Origin: a bacterium
Lineage (GTDB): Bacteria > Babelota > Babeliae > Babelales > RVW-14
Direction of reading: 5' to 3'
Length of the DNA: 64,000 nt
Assembly (NCBI GenBank): GCA_043822925.1
Contig: JBDRBF010000041.1
Span: forward strand, 4,957 to 68,956
The position numbers were made by a program, and so were the translations under genes. Below the pieces are notes generated by a model. The model was not told where the DNA came from. It saw only the letters and a program-made list of their open reading frames with translations, and did no database searches. Shown here piece by piece: positions 45,133 to 54,198 of the stretch (position 1 is the first letter of the stretch; every line of letters starts with the position of its first letter).

Positions 45133-45181
45133 AGTAAAAAACTTTCTATCTAACCTTGGGGCTGAAACCACAAACTGCAAG

Positions 45182-45257
45182 TGGAGCCCGCGACCGGGAT
45201 TGAACCGGTGACCTCTCCCTTACCAAGGAAGTGCTCTACCAACTGAGCTACGTGGGC
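45182..45257 (-). tRNA. tRNA-Thr (GGT)
   Basis: Cloverleaf GCCCACG/TA/GCTC..GAGC/A/CTTCC-TTGGTAA-GGGAG/.../CGCGGGC/T/CCA, with one A-C mismatch in the acceptor stem. Confidence 0.85.
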
Positions 45258-45463
45258 AACAATTTATGCCTATAAACAATCAATCCACATAATCCACAAA
45301 TCTATAAGGCAACCAATCATTAAATATCGATATAAAACACTCTTTGTTTTTATATCTCATAATCTAATTAGAATCTTAAAAAATTTAGCACATTCCAACG
45401 GTTATAACAAGCACTATTTACATTGCAAAACACAATTTACACCGAAAGAACATGTCTTATTCA

Positions 45464-45539
45464 TGGAGCTGGCAACTGGACTCGAACCAGCGACCTGCTG
45501 ATTACAAATCAGCTGCTCTACCAACTGAGCTATGCCAGC
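45464..45539 (-). tRNA. tRNA-Thr (TGT)
   Basis: Cloverleaf GCTGGCA/TA/GCTC..GAGC/A/GCTGA-TTTGTAA-TCAGC/.../TGCCAGC/T/CCA. Confidence 0.9.
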
Positions 45540-45547
45540 ACTCGTTC

Positions 45548-45624
45548 TGGAGCGGGAAACGGGGCTCGAACCCGCAACCTACAGCTTGGAAGGCTGTCGC
45601 TCTAGCCAATTGAGCTATTCCCGC
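45548..45624 (-). tRNA. tRNA-Gly (TCC)
   Basis: Cloverleaf GCGGGAA/TA/GCTC..GAGC/G/ACAGC-CTTCCAA-GCTGT/.../TTCCCGC/T/CCA. Confidence 0.9.
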
Positions 45625-45681
45625 TTATAAAATTTCTATTTCAATAGCATTTAACTGCACCAATCATCTTTTCCAAAGAGA

Positions 45682-45766
45682 TGGTGGGGAGAACAGGATT
45701 CGAACCTGTGAAGGCGTAGCCAACGGATTTACAGTCCGTCCCCTTTGACCGCTCGGGAATCTCCCC
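45682..45766 (-). tRNA. tRNA-Tyr (GTA), long variable arm
   Basis: GGGGAGA...ACGGA-CTGTAAA-TCCGT, a long variable arm, ACAGG-TTCGAAT-CCTGT, then TCTCCCC/A/CCA. Confidence 0.9.
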
Positions 45767-45962
45767 TATTTATATATATTTCACACCTAAAAACCGAGAA
45801 TCTCACAATAAAAACAACGCTTTAGCGCCACCTACTGCAGGTACCGACTATAGGCACTCTTATTCAAGTGACAATAATGATAAATGCTTTAATCAAAGAT
45901 TTCAACTTTTAAATTAAATTTTTCACGCTTTTTACCACATTTACTAATCACACAGTCTTAAA

Positions 45963-46439
45963 CTAAAACTTCACAACCCTTTTATGTATATTTTCATTGT
46001 GATAAGAAATATCGATTTTACGTACTTTTTCATACAATGCAAGAGATTCTAATAACGAACTTATAATTTCTGGCCATTCGATAAAATTAAAAGTGTTTGG
46101 AGCGCACAAAAACTCATCAAATCCCGCATGCACAAATGACTCCAAAGAATCAAGACGATAAAGATCAAAATGATTGTAAGTCACACCGCCAGATCCTTTA
46201 TAGCTTTTTACATAACCAAAAGTCGGACTATTTACAACCTCTGTAACGCCACACTGCTTTAATATTTCTTTAATAATTGTTGTTTTCCCCGCACCTAATG
46301 GGCCATTGAATGCAAAAATTGCATGTGTTTTCAAACACGGCACAAATCCCTCTTTTACTACTACTTCAAGTTGATCAAAAGAAAATACAATCTCTACTTC
46401 TTCTTTAACCTGCTTTATATTCTTCATAATCTCACACAT
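45963..46439 (-). CDS. tsaE: tRNA t6A37 biosynthesis ATPase TsaE
   Basis: ~158 aa with P-loop FNGPLGAGKTTIIKEIL, followed by SPTFGYV and NHFDLYRL motifs. Confidence 0.8.
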   Translation of the reverse strand: MCEIMKNIKQVKEEVEIVFSFDQLEVVVKEGFVPCLKTHAIFAFNGPLGAGKTTIIKEILKQCGVTEVVNSPTFGYVKSYKGSGGVTYNHFDLYRLDSLESFVHAGFDEFLCAPNTFNFIEWPEIISSLLESLALYEKVRKIDISYHNENIHKRVVKF

Positions 46440-46443
46440 ATTA

Positions 46444-47097
46444 TTATCGTATTTTTTTCAGAACAGAATAAATCTTACGCTCTTGCTTAGATAACTTCGT
46501 TGAACTTTTATTTATTTTCTTATTAATTAATTCATCGTCACTCTTTTTATCTTTTACAAAAATATGAAAACTAGCTTGCTCCATCAACAAATCAAGCGCC
46601 TTGCTGTCAATTTTTCCTTGACCAACAACATCTTGATCATGCTTAAACTTTTTAAATTCAGAAGAAACTTCAAGAGAACTTTTACACTCTTGCCCTTTTA
46701 TTATACTATCTTTAACAATCGCATAAAACTCAAAAACGTCCATAGAAACTGTATTATATTTTTCACATCGCCGAATAAGTTCACGGTCAAGTGTTACGAG
46801 TAGTTTTTCTTGATCTTTATATCTTTCTACGTATTCCTCAATCCAGTCATCAGCGGTACTTTTTTGCCCAGAAAACATTACAACAACACCGCCACAAACA
46901 TCTCGTGTAGCATGAGAACAAGGCCCAGCATCAAACACTACAATCACATCTTTAAGCTCTTGCCCCTTTTTTTGCCTATAATATGCCAAAAACTTAACAA
47001 AATGCTTTCGTTGCCCTTCCAGGCAACCCTTGACTCGCGGGTACACTTGCCGCAACAAATTATAGCCATCTATAATTATAATCATAAAAAACCACAC
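46444..47097 (-). CDS. YacP/Rae1-like NYN-domain protein
   Basis: N-terminal IIIDGYNLLRQ and VVFDAG... motifs typical of YacP-type NYN nucleases. The start may be the internal M at 47085. Confidence 0.6.
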   Translation of the reverse strand: MWFFMIIIIDGYNLLRQVYPRVKGCLEGQRKHFVKFLAYYRQKKGQELKDVIVVFDAGPCSHATRDVCGGVVVMFSGQKSTADDWIEEYVERYKDQEKLLVTLDRELIRRCEKYNTVSMDVFEFYAIVKDSIIKGQECKSSLEVSSEFKKFKHDQDVVGQGKIDSKALDLLMEQASFHIFVKDKKSDDELINKKINKSSTKLSKQERKIYSVLKKIR

Positions 47098-47276
47098 TAT
47101 AACTCAAATACTCACTTTTATACTACCCTATGCTAGTTTAGCATAATGAACAGGAACAAAAGAACATTGTTACTCTTTTCATTTGTAAAACAAGTTTTTT
47201 TTGACTACTTTAATGCTATAAACATTAAACGTTCAACCAACCTCTCTTTCAAATGCTAAGAAAATAAGGAAATATA

Positions 47277-48227
47277 GTGTCGCAACTTATACAATTACGA
47301 CAAAAAATCAAAGCCATCAAAAATACCCAAAAAATAACACACGCCGTTCGATTAGTATCTATGTCTTTATACGCTAAACTCGAAAAAAAACACATAGCAT
47401 TACGATATTACATGCAAAATATTAAAAAACTTTTTGCCCAGACCATTGTGCAAGTTCCCAAATGGAAAAATCCACTTCTCTTTCCTGATGACATTTGCGA
47501 TAAAAACCCACTTTTTGTTATTGTTTCTACTTCAAAGGGATTATGCGGAAGCTTAAATCAAAATCTTTTTCATTACATCGACCAATCACTTACTATCGAT
47601 CCAAAACAAACCCCTCACTTTATAACCATTGGCAAAAAAGCAATCAACTTTTTACAACCAAAATATCCAGACAATATTTTATGTAATTATACTGAATTAA
47701 ACTCAAACAATTACACTATCATAGCAAGCGATCTAATAGATAAAATCATGCTTGGACCCATTAAATTTTCATCGGTAACATTTTACAGCAGCCAACTCAA
47801 AAACACCTTTTTCGTACAAATGCCGAAAAAATCAACCCTCATCCCGTTTGTATACGATGAATTAGAAGAAAAATTAGATAAAAACGAAAAAGCATCGAAA
47901 ACGACTCAAATAAGCACAAAAGCTGAAAATGAAGACATTAAAGATCTGCAAACTCCTACATCAGAATTAAAAAACACAGATCTCATTTGGGAGCAAGATT
48001 TTGTTGAAACTCTCGATTATTTAGCGACATGCTACGTAAAAGAATTTATCACGAATTTACTCTATCAAGGTCTTTTAGCTGAGCAAGCTGCACGATTTAT
48101 AGCAATGGACGGTTCAACAACCAATGCCAATAAATATCTAGAAAAACTTACCTTAATCTATAATAAACAAAGACAAGCGCTGATAACCCGCGAAGTTTCC
48201 GAACTATCAGCTGCCTCAGCAAAATAA
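47277..48227 (+). CDS. atpG: F-type ATP synthase gamma subunit (solitary gene, GTG start)
   Basis: N-terminal helix LRQKIKAIKNTQKITHAVRLVSMS, then VSTSKGLCGSLN. C-terminal helix AEQAARFIAMDGSTTNANKYLEKLTLIYNKQRQALITREVSEL. Confidence 0.85.
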   Translation: MSQLIQLRQKIKAIKNTQKITHAVRLVSMSLYAKLEKKHIALRYYMQNIKKLFAQTIVQVPKWKNPLLFPDDICDKNPLFVIVSTSKGLCGSLNQNLFHYIDQSLTIDPKQTPHFITIGKKAINFLQPKYPDNILCNYTELNSNNYTIIASDLIDKIMLGPIKFSSVTFYSSQLKNTFFVQMPKKSTLIPFVYDELEEKLDKNEKASKTTQISTKAENEDIKDLQTPTSELKNTDLIWEQDFVETLDYLATCYVKEFITNLLYQGLLAEQAARFIAMDGSTTNANKYLEKLTLIYNKQRQALITREVSELSAASAK

Positions 48228-48270
48228 TATTAAAGTTACGTAAATAAGTTATAGAGCGACAGAGCAGAAA

Positions 48271-49578
48271 CTACTCGCTCTTAGAAGAAAACAACGTTAT
48301 ATGTGCTCCTAAAACATGTAGCTTTTCTTCAAGATTATCATACCCGCGTCTCCAATGATGATCCCCTATAATTTTTGTTTCGCCTTCAGCAACAAAACCA
48401 GCCAAAACCAACGCACACGAAGCTCGAATATCAGTCGCAATAACTTCGCACCCATATAAATGATCAACACCTCTAATCACAGCTTTAGAGCCCTTGAGCG
48501 TAATTTGCGCCCCCATTTTCTGCAACTCTTGAACATGAATAAGTCTATTCTCAAAAACAGTTTCTTCTACCGTACTTGTCCCATTCGCCAAACACAATGC
48601 AGCCATAAGCGGGGCCTGCAAATCTGTTGGAAAACAAGGATAAGGCCCCGTTTTAACAGAAATAGCACGAGGCTCTCTCGTTGCTTGTAAACGGATACCC
48701 TGTAAAGGCAACTCTTGTGTTGCATTTGTCCCGCATGTGATTAAATGACCCATTTCTTTTAGTTTTTCTAAAAACGTATCCATATGATCAGCTCGTGCAG
48801 TAGGTAAATCAATAGTGCCACCGGTCATAGCAGCGCTTAATAAAACAGCTCCAGCTTCAAGGCGATCAGGGATCACCGAATGTTCTACACCAGACAAGAC
48901 ATCAACGCCTTGAATAGTTATAATAGAGCCTTCATAAACTATCTTAGCGCCCATTTTTCTTAGTAAATCAATTAAATCAAGCACTTCTGGCTCAAGAGCT
49001 GCATTAACAATAACAGTCAGTCCTGGCTGTAGAGTTGCAAACATCATAATATTTTCCGTTGCCCCAACGCTTGGATATTCAAGAACTATGCGTCGAGACA
49101 AATTTAAACCAGTACCTGCTATCTCTGCATCAAGAAACGGGATATTGTCTTCAGTCTTTACACCCATCTGCCGAAAGCCCTTTAAATGATAATCGATTGG
49201 ACGTGCGCCTATTAAACACCCGCCAGGCAAAGCAACTTTAGCTTTACCAAAACGAGCCAGAAGTGGCCCCATAACAAGAATAGACGCCCGCATCTTATTC
49301 ATAATTTCAGGCTTTACTTCAAAACTGTTAATACTTGAAGTGTCAGCTATCAATATTTTAGCTTTCGCATCAAATTCTATATGAGCACCCAAATCACGCA
49401 ACAGCATAATCATATACTGAACATCCACAGAGCTGGGTACATTAGAAATTATTGATTTGCCCCGGGTCAAAATTAACGATGCGATAATAACAAGCACCGC
49501 ATTTTTTGCCCCAACCAATTCGACAGATCCATTTATGACAGGAGACTTACGAACAAGAAGATATCCGTGTGCTGGCAT
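48271..49578 (-). CDS. murA: UDP-N-acetylglucosamine 1-carboxyvinyltransferase
   Basis: Motifs VELVGAKNAVLVIIAS and active-site LPGGCLIGARPIDYH. 435 aa. Confidence 0.95.
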   Translation of the reverse strand: MPAHGYLLVRKSPVINGSVELVGAKNAVLVIIASLILTRGKSIISNVPSSVDVQYMIMLLRDLGAHIEFDAKAKILIADTSSINSFEVKPEIMNKMRASILVMGPLLARFGKAKVALPGGCLIGARPIDYHLKGFRQMGVKTEDNIPFLDAEIAGTGLNLSRRIVLEYPSVGATENIMMFATLQPGLTVIVNAALEPEVLDLIDLLRKMGAKIVYEGSIITIQGVDVLSGVEHSVIPDRLEAGAVLLSAAMTGGTIDLPTARADHMDTFLEKLKEMGHLITCGTNATQELPLQGIRLQATREPRAISVKTGPYPCFPTDLQAPLMAALCLANGTSTVEETVFENRLIHVQELQKMGAQITLKGSKAVIRGVDHLYGCEVIATDIRASCALVLAGFVAEGETKIIGDHHWRRGYDNLEEKLHVLGAHITLFSSKSE

Positions 49579-49719
49579 ATGAATTCCTATAAATTTACTT
49601 TTCTCTATTTTATGTCAAACTTAATTACACTTTTTATTATAATTTTCTTATTATAAAAGGCTTTTATTACACCACATTTTAAATATATTTTAAATAAAAA
49701 CTTTTGGAAACTTTTAACT

Positions 49720-50487
49720 ATGCTTAAAAATAAAAAAATTGCCTGCATTATTCCAGCTCGTCTGGCTTCAACACGCTTTCCACGTAAAATGCTTGCTACT
49801 ATACTCGGCAAACCACTTCTCGAATGGGTATGGATCGCAACTCAGCAAGTAAAACATTTTGATTACGTCGGGTTCGCAATAGACTCTCAAGAAACAGAAG
49901 CTATTATAAAAAAAATAACACCTAATTACATTATGACATCGCCTGAATGCCCATCAGGGACAGACCGTATTATTGAAGTTCTCAATACAAACAAGATAGA
50001 AGCTGATATTTGGGTAAATTGGCAAGGTGACGAACCATTCATCTCACCAGCCATGATCGATACACTTTTACAGTCAATAGACAACCCTTCAAATAAGCCA
50101 AACCAAATTTGGACCCTAAAAAAGAAAATATGTAACGAAAACGAGATACCTTCTCCAAACTTTGCCAAAGTAGTATGCGACATCAACGATAATGCGCTCT
50201 ATTTTTCGCGTAGCGCAATCCCGTTCTACCGAGAACCTCTTAATAGCCCAGAAAAAACATACTACAAACACGTTGGCATTTATGCATATACACCGCAAGC
50301 TCTCAAAGAGATAGAGCAAATGGCCCCAAGTCCACTGGAAGACGCTGAAAAACTTGAGCAACTGAGATACATACAAAACGGGCTATCGATTAAAATACAC
50401 GAAACTAACGAAGAAGTTATCGGCATAGATATCCCAGAACATCTTGAGGCAGCAACCGAACGCATGCGCAAACAACTCGGATTATAA
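49720..50487 (+). CDS. kdsB: 3-deoxy-manno-octulosonate cytidylyltransferase (CMP-KDO synthetase)
   Basis: Motifs IACIIPARLASTRFPRKML, GTDRI, WQGDEPF, HVGIYAY and EQLR. Confidence 0.9.
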   Translation: MLKNKKIACIIPARLASTRFPRKMLATILGKPLLEWVWIATQQVKHFDYVGFAIDSQETEAIIKKITPNYIMTSPECPSGTDRIIEVLNTNKIEADIWVNWQGDEPFISPAMIDTLLQSIDNPSNKPNQIWTLKKKICNENEIPSPNFAKVVCDINDNALYFSRSAIPFYREPLNSPEKTYYKHVGIYAYTPQALKEIEQMAPSPLEDAEKLEQLRYIQNGLSIKIHETNEEVIGIDIPEHLEAATERMRKQLGL

Positions 50488-50607
50488 CAGCAACTATAAA
50501 AATAATTTCTAAAAGAAAACTTTGCGAGCATTTTAAAAGCACCACAAGACTCTTCACGGCTTAAGCCTCAGTTTACGTTAAAACTCAGCTTGTTAAATCT
50601 CGAGTTA

Positions 50608-50637
50608 TTGACTTCTTTCTGTTTAACACGCTACAAT
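50608..50637 (+). promoter_or_regulatory. Sigma-70-type promoter of duplicated cassette copy 1
   Basis: TTGACT, 18 nt, TACAAT. The same architecture is conserved upstream of copy 2. Confidence 0.5.
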
Positions 50638-50710
50638 AACATTCATAAATCTTAAATGCCCGGGGTGGGTCATTAAAAAACACAGTAAATTAGATATAGA
50701 AAGGCTCGAT

Positions 50711-52030
50711 ATGTTTAGCGTAGCCAAAAAAACAATACTCGCAATATCACTTATTTTTTCACTTATGTGCAGAGAAATTTCCCCAATAGATTCACAAATT
50801 TTAACAATAAACTCCCAAACACCCCCTGACAATCAAAAAAACATAGATTTAACAGATTGCCCAATAACCCCAAGCATAGATTCAACCCAAAACCCAACCA
50901 TGAAAAATACACCAAGAATATTCAACATGAGCTCTCTCTTAAATATGATTCGCGACTCAAAAGGTGCTTTAGATTTCCAACGTCTATCAAAAAGAGACGA
51001 AATAATAATCGCTCTGGGAGAACTTGTAAAAAATGACTTTTTCCCAAAAAACTTCGATAACAACTTAATACTTGACCCAAATGTCTATGGGGATCAAGAA
51101 AAAATCTTACAGTTAATCGAATATCTAGATAACAATAAAAACAACTCCGCAAGCACAGAGCTTTTGGACCATTTAAACGAATTTTACCATATCTGGCTGT
51201 ATCAATTTATTATCAGCGACATACTTATGCCTAAAGATCTTTCTATCTCACTAAATACGTACTATGACGAACTTTATAATAAAAAAATAATAACACAAAA
51301 AAATGACCCGATTTTCCCATTCAGAACAACACTAGCAAAAATCATGATCTATATTTTAATCATTAATGGCAGTAACGATTCTTATCGCGTCAAACAACAA
51401 AACCTCGTTTATTTATTAAATATCATCAAAAACGAATTAATTGAGATAAATGACAAACTAAAAAATCAAATACCTGAACAAAACATTATCGAACTCATCA
51501 AGACACTACAAGCACATACTCTTGACGTCCCAGCCATTCAACCTAAAAATGTAAGAAAATGGGTAATCGGAGGAACAGTTATTGTCACAGCAACTGTTTT
51601 AACTTATGTTTTAATGCAAGAACCAGTCCAAGACTATATAAAAAATAAATACCAAAAAGCTAAAGCCGAAGTAAAAGACTGGATCAAAGAAGTAGTGAGA
51701 GAATTTGGTAAAGAATTAACCAATGGTATCTTGGAAAATGAAGAATTTCAAAAAGCTCTAGATCAAAGCGCTGAAAAAGTATCTCAAAAGGTAGGCAAAG
51801 GGGTTGTAATCGGGCTAAACGAAGGGGCAAAAGAAGTAGGATCAGAAGCTGTAAACACAATCGTGGAAAAAACAAAAGCATTGGGAAATGGGATAAAAAA
51901 TGGGGCCTCTGACGCATGGGACAAAACCAAAGAATGCGTCGTTAGCACTAAAGATTTCATAAAAAATTGGTTGAGCCCTAAAAACCAAGAAACAACCCCC
52001 GATCAAACACCAACTACAACAAATCAATAA
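50711..52030 (+). CDS. Hypothetical bitopic membrane protein, tandem paralog C1
   Basis: 439 aa with an N-terminal signal/anchor and a conserved ~270-aa domain shared with C2 (KGALDFQR..., DFFPKNF, YGDQEKILQLIEYL, FPFRTTLAKIMIYILIIN). TM helix WVIGGTVIVTATVLTYVLM, then a charged tail. Confidence 0.7.
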   Translation: MFSVAKKTILAISLIFSLMCREISPIDSQILTINSQTPPDNQKNIDLTDCPITPSIDSTQNPTMKNTPRIFNMSSLLNMIRDSKGALDFQRLSKRDEIIIALGELVKNDFFPKNFDNNLILDPNVYGDQEKILQLIEYLDNNKNNSASTELLDHLNEFYHIWLYQFIISDILMPKDLSISLNTYYDELYNKKIITQKNDPIFPFRTTLAKIMIYILIINGSNDSYRVKQQNLVYLLNIIKNELIEINDKLKNQIPEQNIIELIKTLQAHTLDVPAIQPKNVRKWVIGGTVIVTATVLTYVLMQEPVQDYIKNKYQKAKAEVKDWIKEVVREFGKELTNGILENEEFQKALDQSAEKVSQKVGKGVVIGLNEGAKEVGSEAVNTIVEKTKALGNGIKNGASDAWDKTKECVVSTKDFIKNWLSPKNQETTPDQTPTTTNQ

Positions 52031-52066
52031 TAAAAAATTAAAAGCCTACCTAATTTCTAAACACAA

Positions 52067-52103
52067 ATCCCTGATATGCATCAAAAAAGCGCATATCAGG
52101 GAT
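52067..52103 (+). terminator. 13-bp hairpin downstream of C1
   Basis: atccctgatatgc...gcatatcagggat. The same arms recur after C2. The U-tract is weak (taacttttc). Confidence 0.45.
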
Positions 52104-52186
52104 TAACTTTTCAATACACTATCTCGTTACAAGTAAAAGATAAACTCAAACAAACAAGCCCATTTAATCAGTTAAATCTCCACTTA

Positions 52187-52216
52187 TTGACAGGCTTCTA
52201 CTTAACGCGATACAAT
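52187..52216 (+). promoter_or_regulatory. Sigma-70-type promoter of duplicated cassette copy 2
   Basis: TTGACA, 18 nt, TACAAT. Confidence 0.5.
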
Positions 52217-52332
52217 AAATGCCCAATCTAAAAAACTCTTTAAATAAATATTTTTGAATATTTAGCAACACGCTACTCTTATAAAAAATATAAACACTAA
52301 ATTAAGCTTAATTAATAACAGAAAGACTCAAT

Positions 52333-54081
52333 ATGTTCAAAGTAGCCAAAAAAATAATACTCACAGTTTCTCTTATATTTTTGTTTATATGGGCACAAAC
52401 TTTACCTGCCGATCAAAAAAATAATATAGATCTAACCAGATGCCCAATAACCCCAAGCGCAGAATCCATACAAAACTCAACCATAAAAAATACGCCGAAA
52501 ATTTTCAACTTAAACGCCCTATTAAATCTCGTTCGCGACTCAAAGGGAGCTTTAGATATTCAGCGCCAATCAAAAAGAAATGAAATAATCTCTACAATTG
52601 GTGAATACATAAAAAACGACTTTTTCCCAAAAAACTTTAATGTCAACCTAATATTTGACCCAAACATTTACGGCGATCAGGAAAAAATTTTACAGTTAAT
52701 AGAATACCTAGAAAACAACACCAATAACCCATCCAGCGCAGAATTACTAAGCATATTTAACGAGTTTTACCATGTCTGGCTATATCAATTTATTTTAAGC
52801 TACACAAGTATGCCTAAAGATCTTTCTGTGCCCCTCAATACATACTATGACGAACTTTATAATAAAAAAATTAACGCACCGAACAATAATCCAGCCTTCC
52901 CGTTTAGAACAACTCTATCAAAAATCATGATCTATATTTTAATCATCAATGATAGCAGCAGCAAAGATCCGTACCGTGTCAGACAAGAAAATTTTGTCTA
53001 TTTATTAAATATTATTAAACAAGAATTGATTGAGATAAATAAAAAACTAAATGATCAAATCAAAGAACAAAATATTATTGACCTAATCGAAACACTACAA
53101 ATACATGCTTTTGATGAACCGACCCTACAACCTAAAAACATAAAAAAATACGTCATTTACAGTTCTCTTATAATAACAATAGCAATTATATGCTATATAG
53201 CTTATGACAATGACCTTCGAGAACGATTAAAAACATCTATAAGTGAATTTTGGCTATGGGACGTCTTAAAAGAAAAAGCGGGAAACATTGTTGAATTTAT
53301 CGCAGAAAAATTCTTTGATGTTGCTGAACGACGTGCGGCAAAAACTGGCCAAAACTTTACAGCCGGCGCCATAAAAGGTGTTGCCCAAGGTAAAAACAAA
53401 ACAGAGCCAAACCAGACAGCAAATCCCAGTGCAATCAAAACTGAAAAAGAACCCAACGCAATAGACCATTATAAAGAAAAAGCAGAAGACATCGCTAAAT
53501 TTACCTCGGAAAAATTCTTTGATGTCGCTGAACGGCGAGAAACCAAAACGGTGCAAAATCTTGCTAACAGTAACATAAGGGGGATTGAATCTAACGAAGT
53601 TAAAACAAAAAACGACATAAAAATAAACCCTGACATTGAATTACTCTTGGAACGCTTAGAAAAAACATGTCCAAATATTGGTCAAAAAATTATTGATGGC
53701 ATACTTCATAAGATCGATTTTCCAGATGAACCTAATCCAAAACTTGAACTCTTGCTTCAAGGCCTTTTAACAGAAAAAAATCTAAAATTATTAGACGAAG
53801 CAGGACTTAGAGCCGGAGACAATTTATTAAACAATCTTCCTGGTTGGGCAGGCGGCGGCAAAGGCCACAAAATAGAACCCACCGCTCAACAAAATAACAG
53901 CGTTACCCAACCAAACATTGCCACACAAAACATGAACCCAAATAAAAATACACAGCCTATAAACCCTGCAAACGTGCAATCGCAATCTTCTTGGAAAATT
54001 CTTCACCCAACAACCTGGCCCATTTTTAAACCCAACGAGGTAAGCGAAGCTGACATCAAAAAACAGGCTTGCCTTCAATAA
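52333..54081 (+). CDS. Hypothetical bitopic membrane protein, tandem paralog C2
   Basis: 582 aa. The N-terminal domain is colinear with C1. TM helix YVIYSSLIITIAIICYIAY. A longer tail carries an internal duplication (EKFFDVAERR x2). Confidence 0.7.
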   Translation: MFKVAKKIILTVSLIFLFIWAQTLPADQKNNIDLTRCPITPSAESIQNSTIKNTPKIFNLNALLNLVRDSKGALDIQRQSKRNEIISTIGEYIKNDFFPKNFNVNLIFDPNIYGDQEKILQLIEYLENNTNNPSSAELLSIFNEFYHVWLYQFILSYTSMPKDLSVPLNTYYDELYNKKINAPNNNPAFPFRTTLSKIMIYILIINDSSSKDPYRVRQENFVYLLNIIKQELIEINKKLNDQIKEQNIIDLIETLQIHAFDEPTLQPKNIKKYVIYSSLIITIAIICYIAYDNDLRERLKTSISEFWLWDVLKEKAGNIVEFIAEKFFDVAERRAAKTGQNFTAGAIKGVAQGKNKTEPNQTANPSAIKTEKEPNAIDHYKEKAEDIAKFTSEKFFDVAERRETKTVQNLANSNIRGIESNEVKTKNDIKINPDIELLLERLEKTCPNIGQKIIDGILHKIDFPDEPNPKLELLLQGLLTEKNLKLLDEAGLRAGDNLLNNLPGWAGGGKGHKIEPTAQQNNSVTQPNIATQNMNPNKNTQPINPANVQSQSSWKILHPTTWPIFKPNEVSEADIKKQACLQ

Positions 54082-54129
54082 TTTACTTATAATTAGTAGT
54101 TAAAAAGCCAAAGCTTTTTGCAAACACAA

Positions 54130-54169
54130 ATCCCTGATATACTTCAAAAAAACATCGTATATCAGGGAT
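54130..54169 (+). terminator. 12-bp hairpin downstream of C2
   Basis: atccctgatata...tatatcagggat, preceded by the same acacaa flank as the hairpin at 52067. Confidence 0.45.
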
Positions 54170-54198
54170 TAAATTTTGGAATAAAACTGGAGAAAAAA

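Noticed and set aside
49605-49811. A 68-aa minus-strand ORF overlapping the kdsB start, and a 69-aa ORF at 50623-50832 overlapping the C1 promoter and start.
   Set aside because: Both overlap better-supported features (the kdsB N-terminal IIPARLASTRFPRKML motif, and the conserved promoter and signal peptide of C1). Neither has motifs or an RBS.
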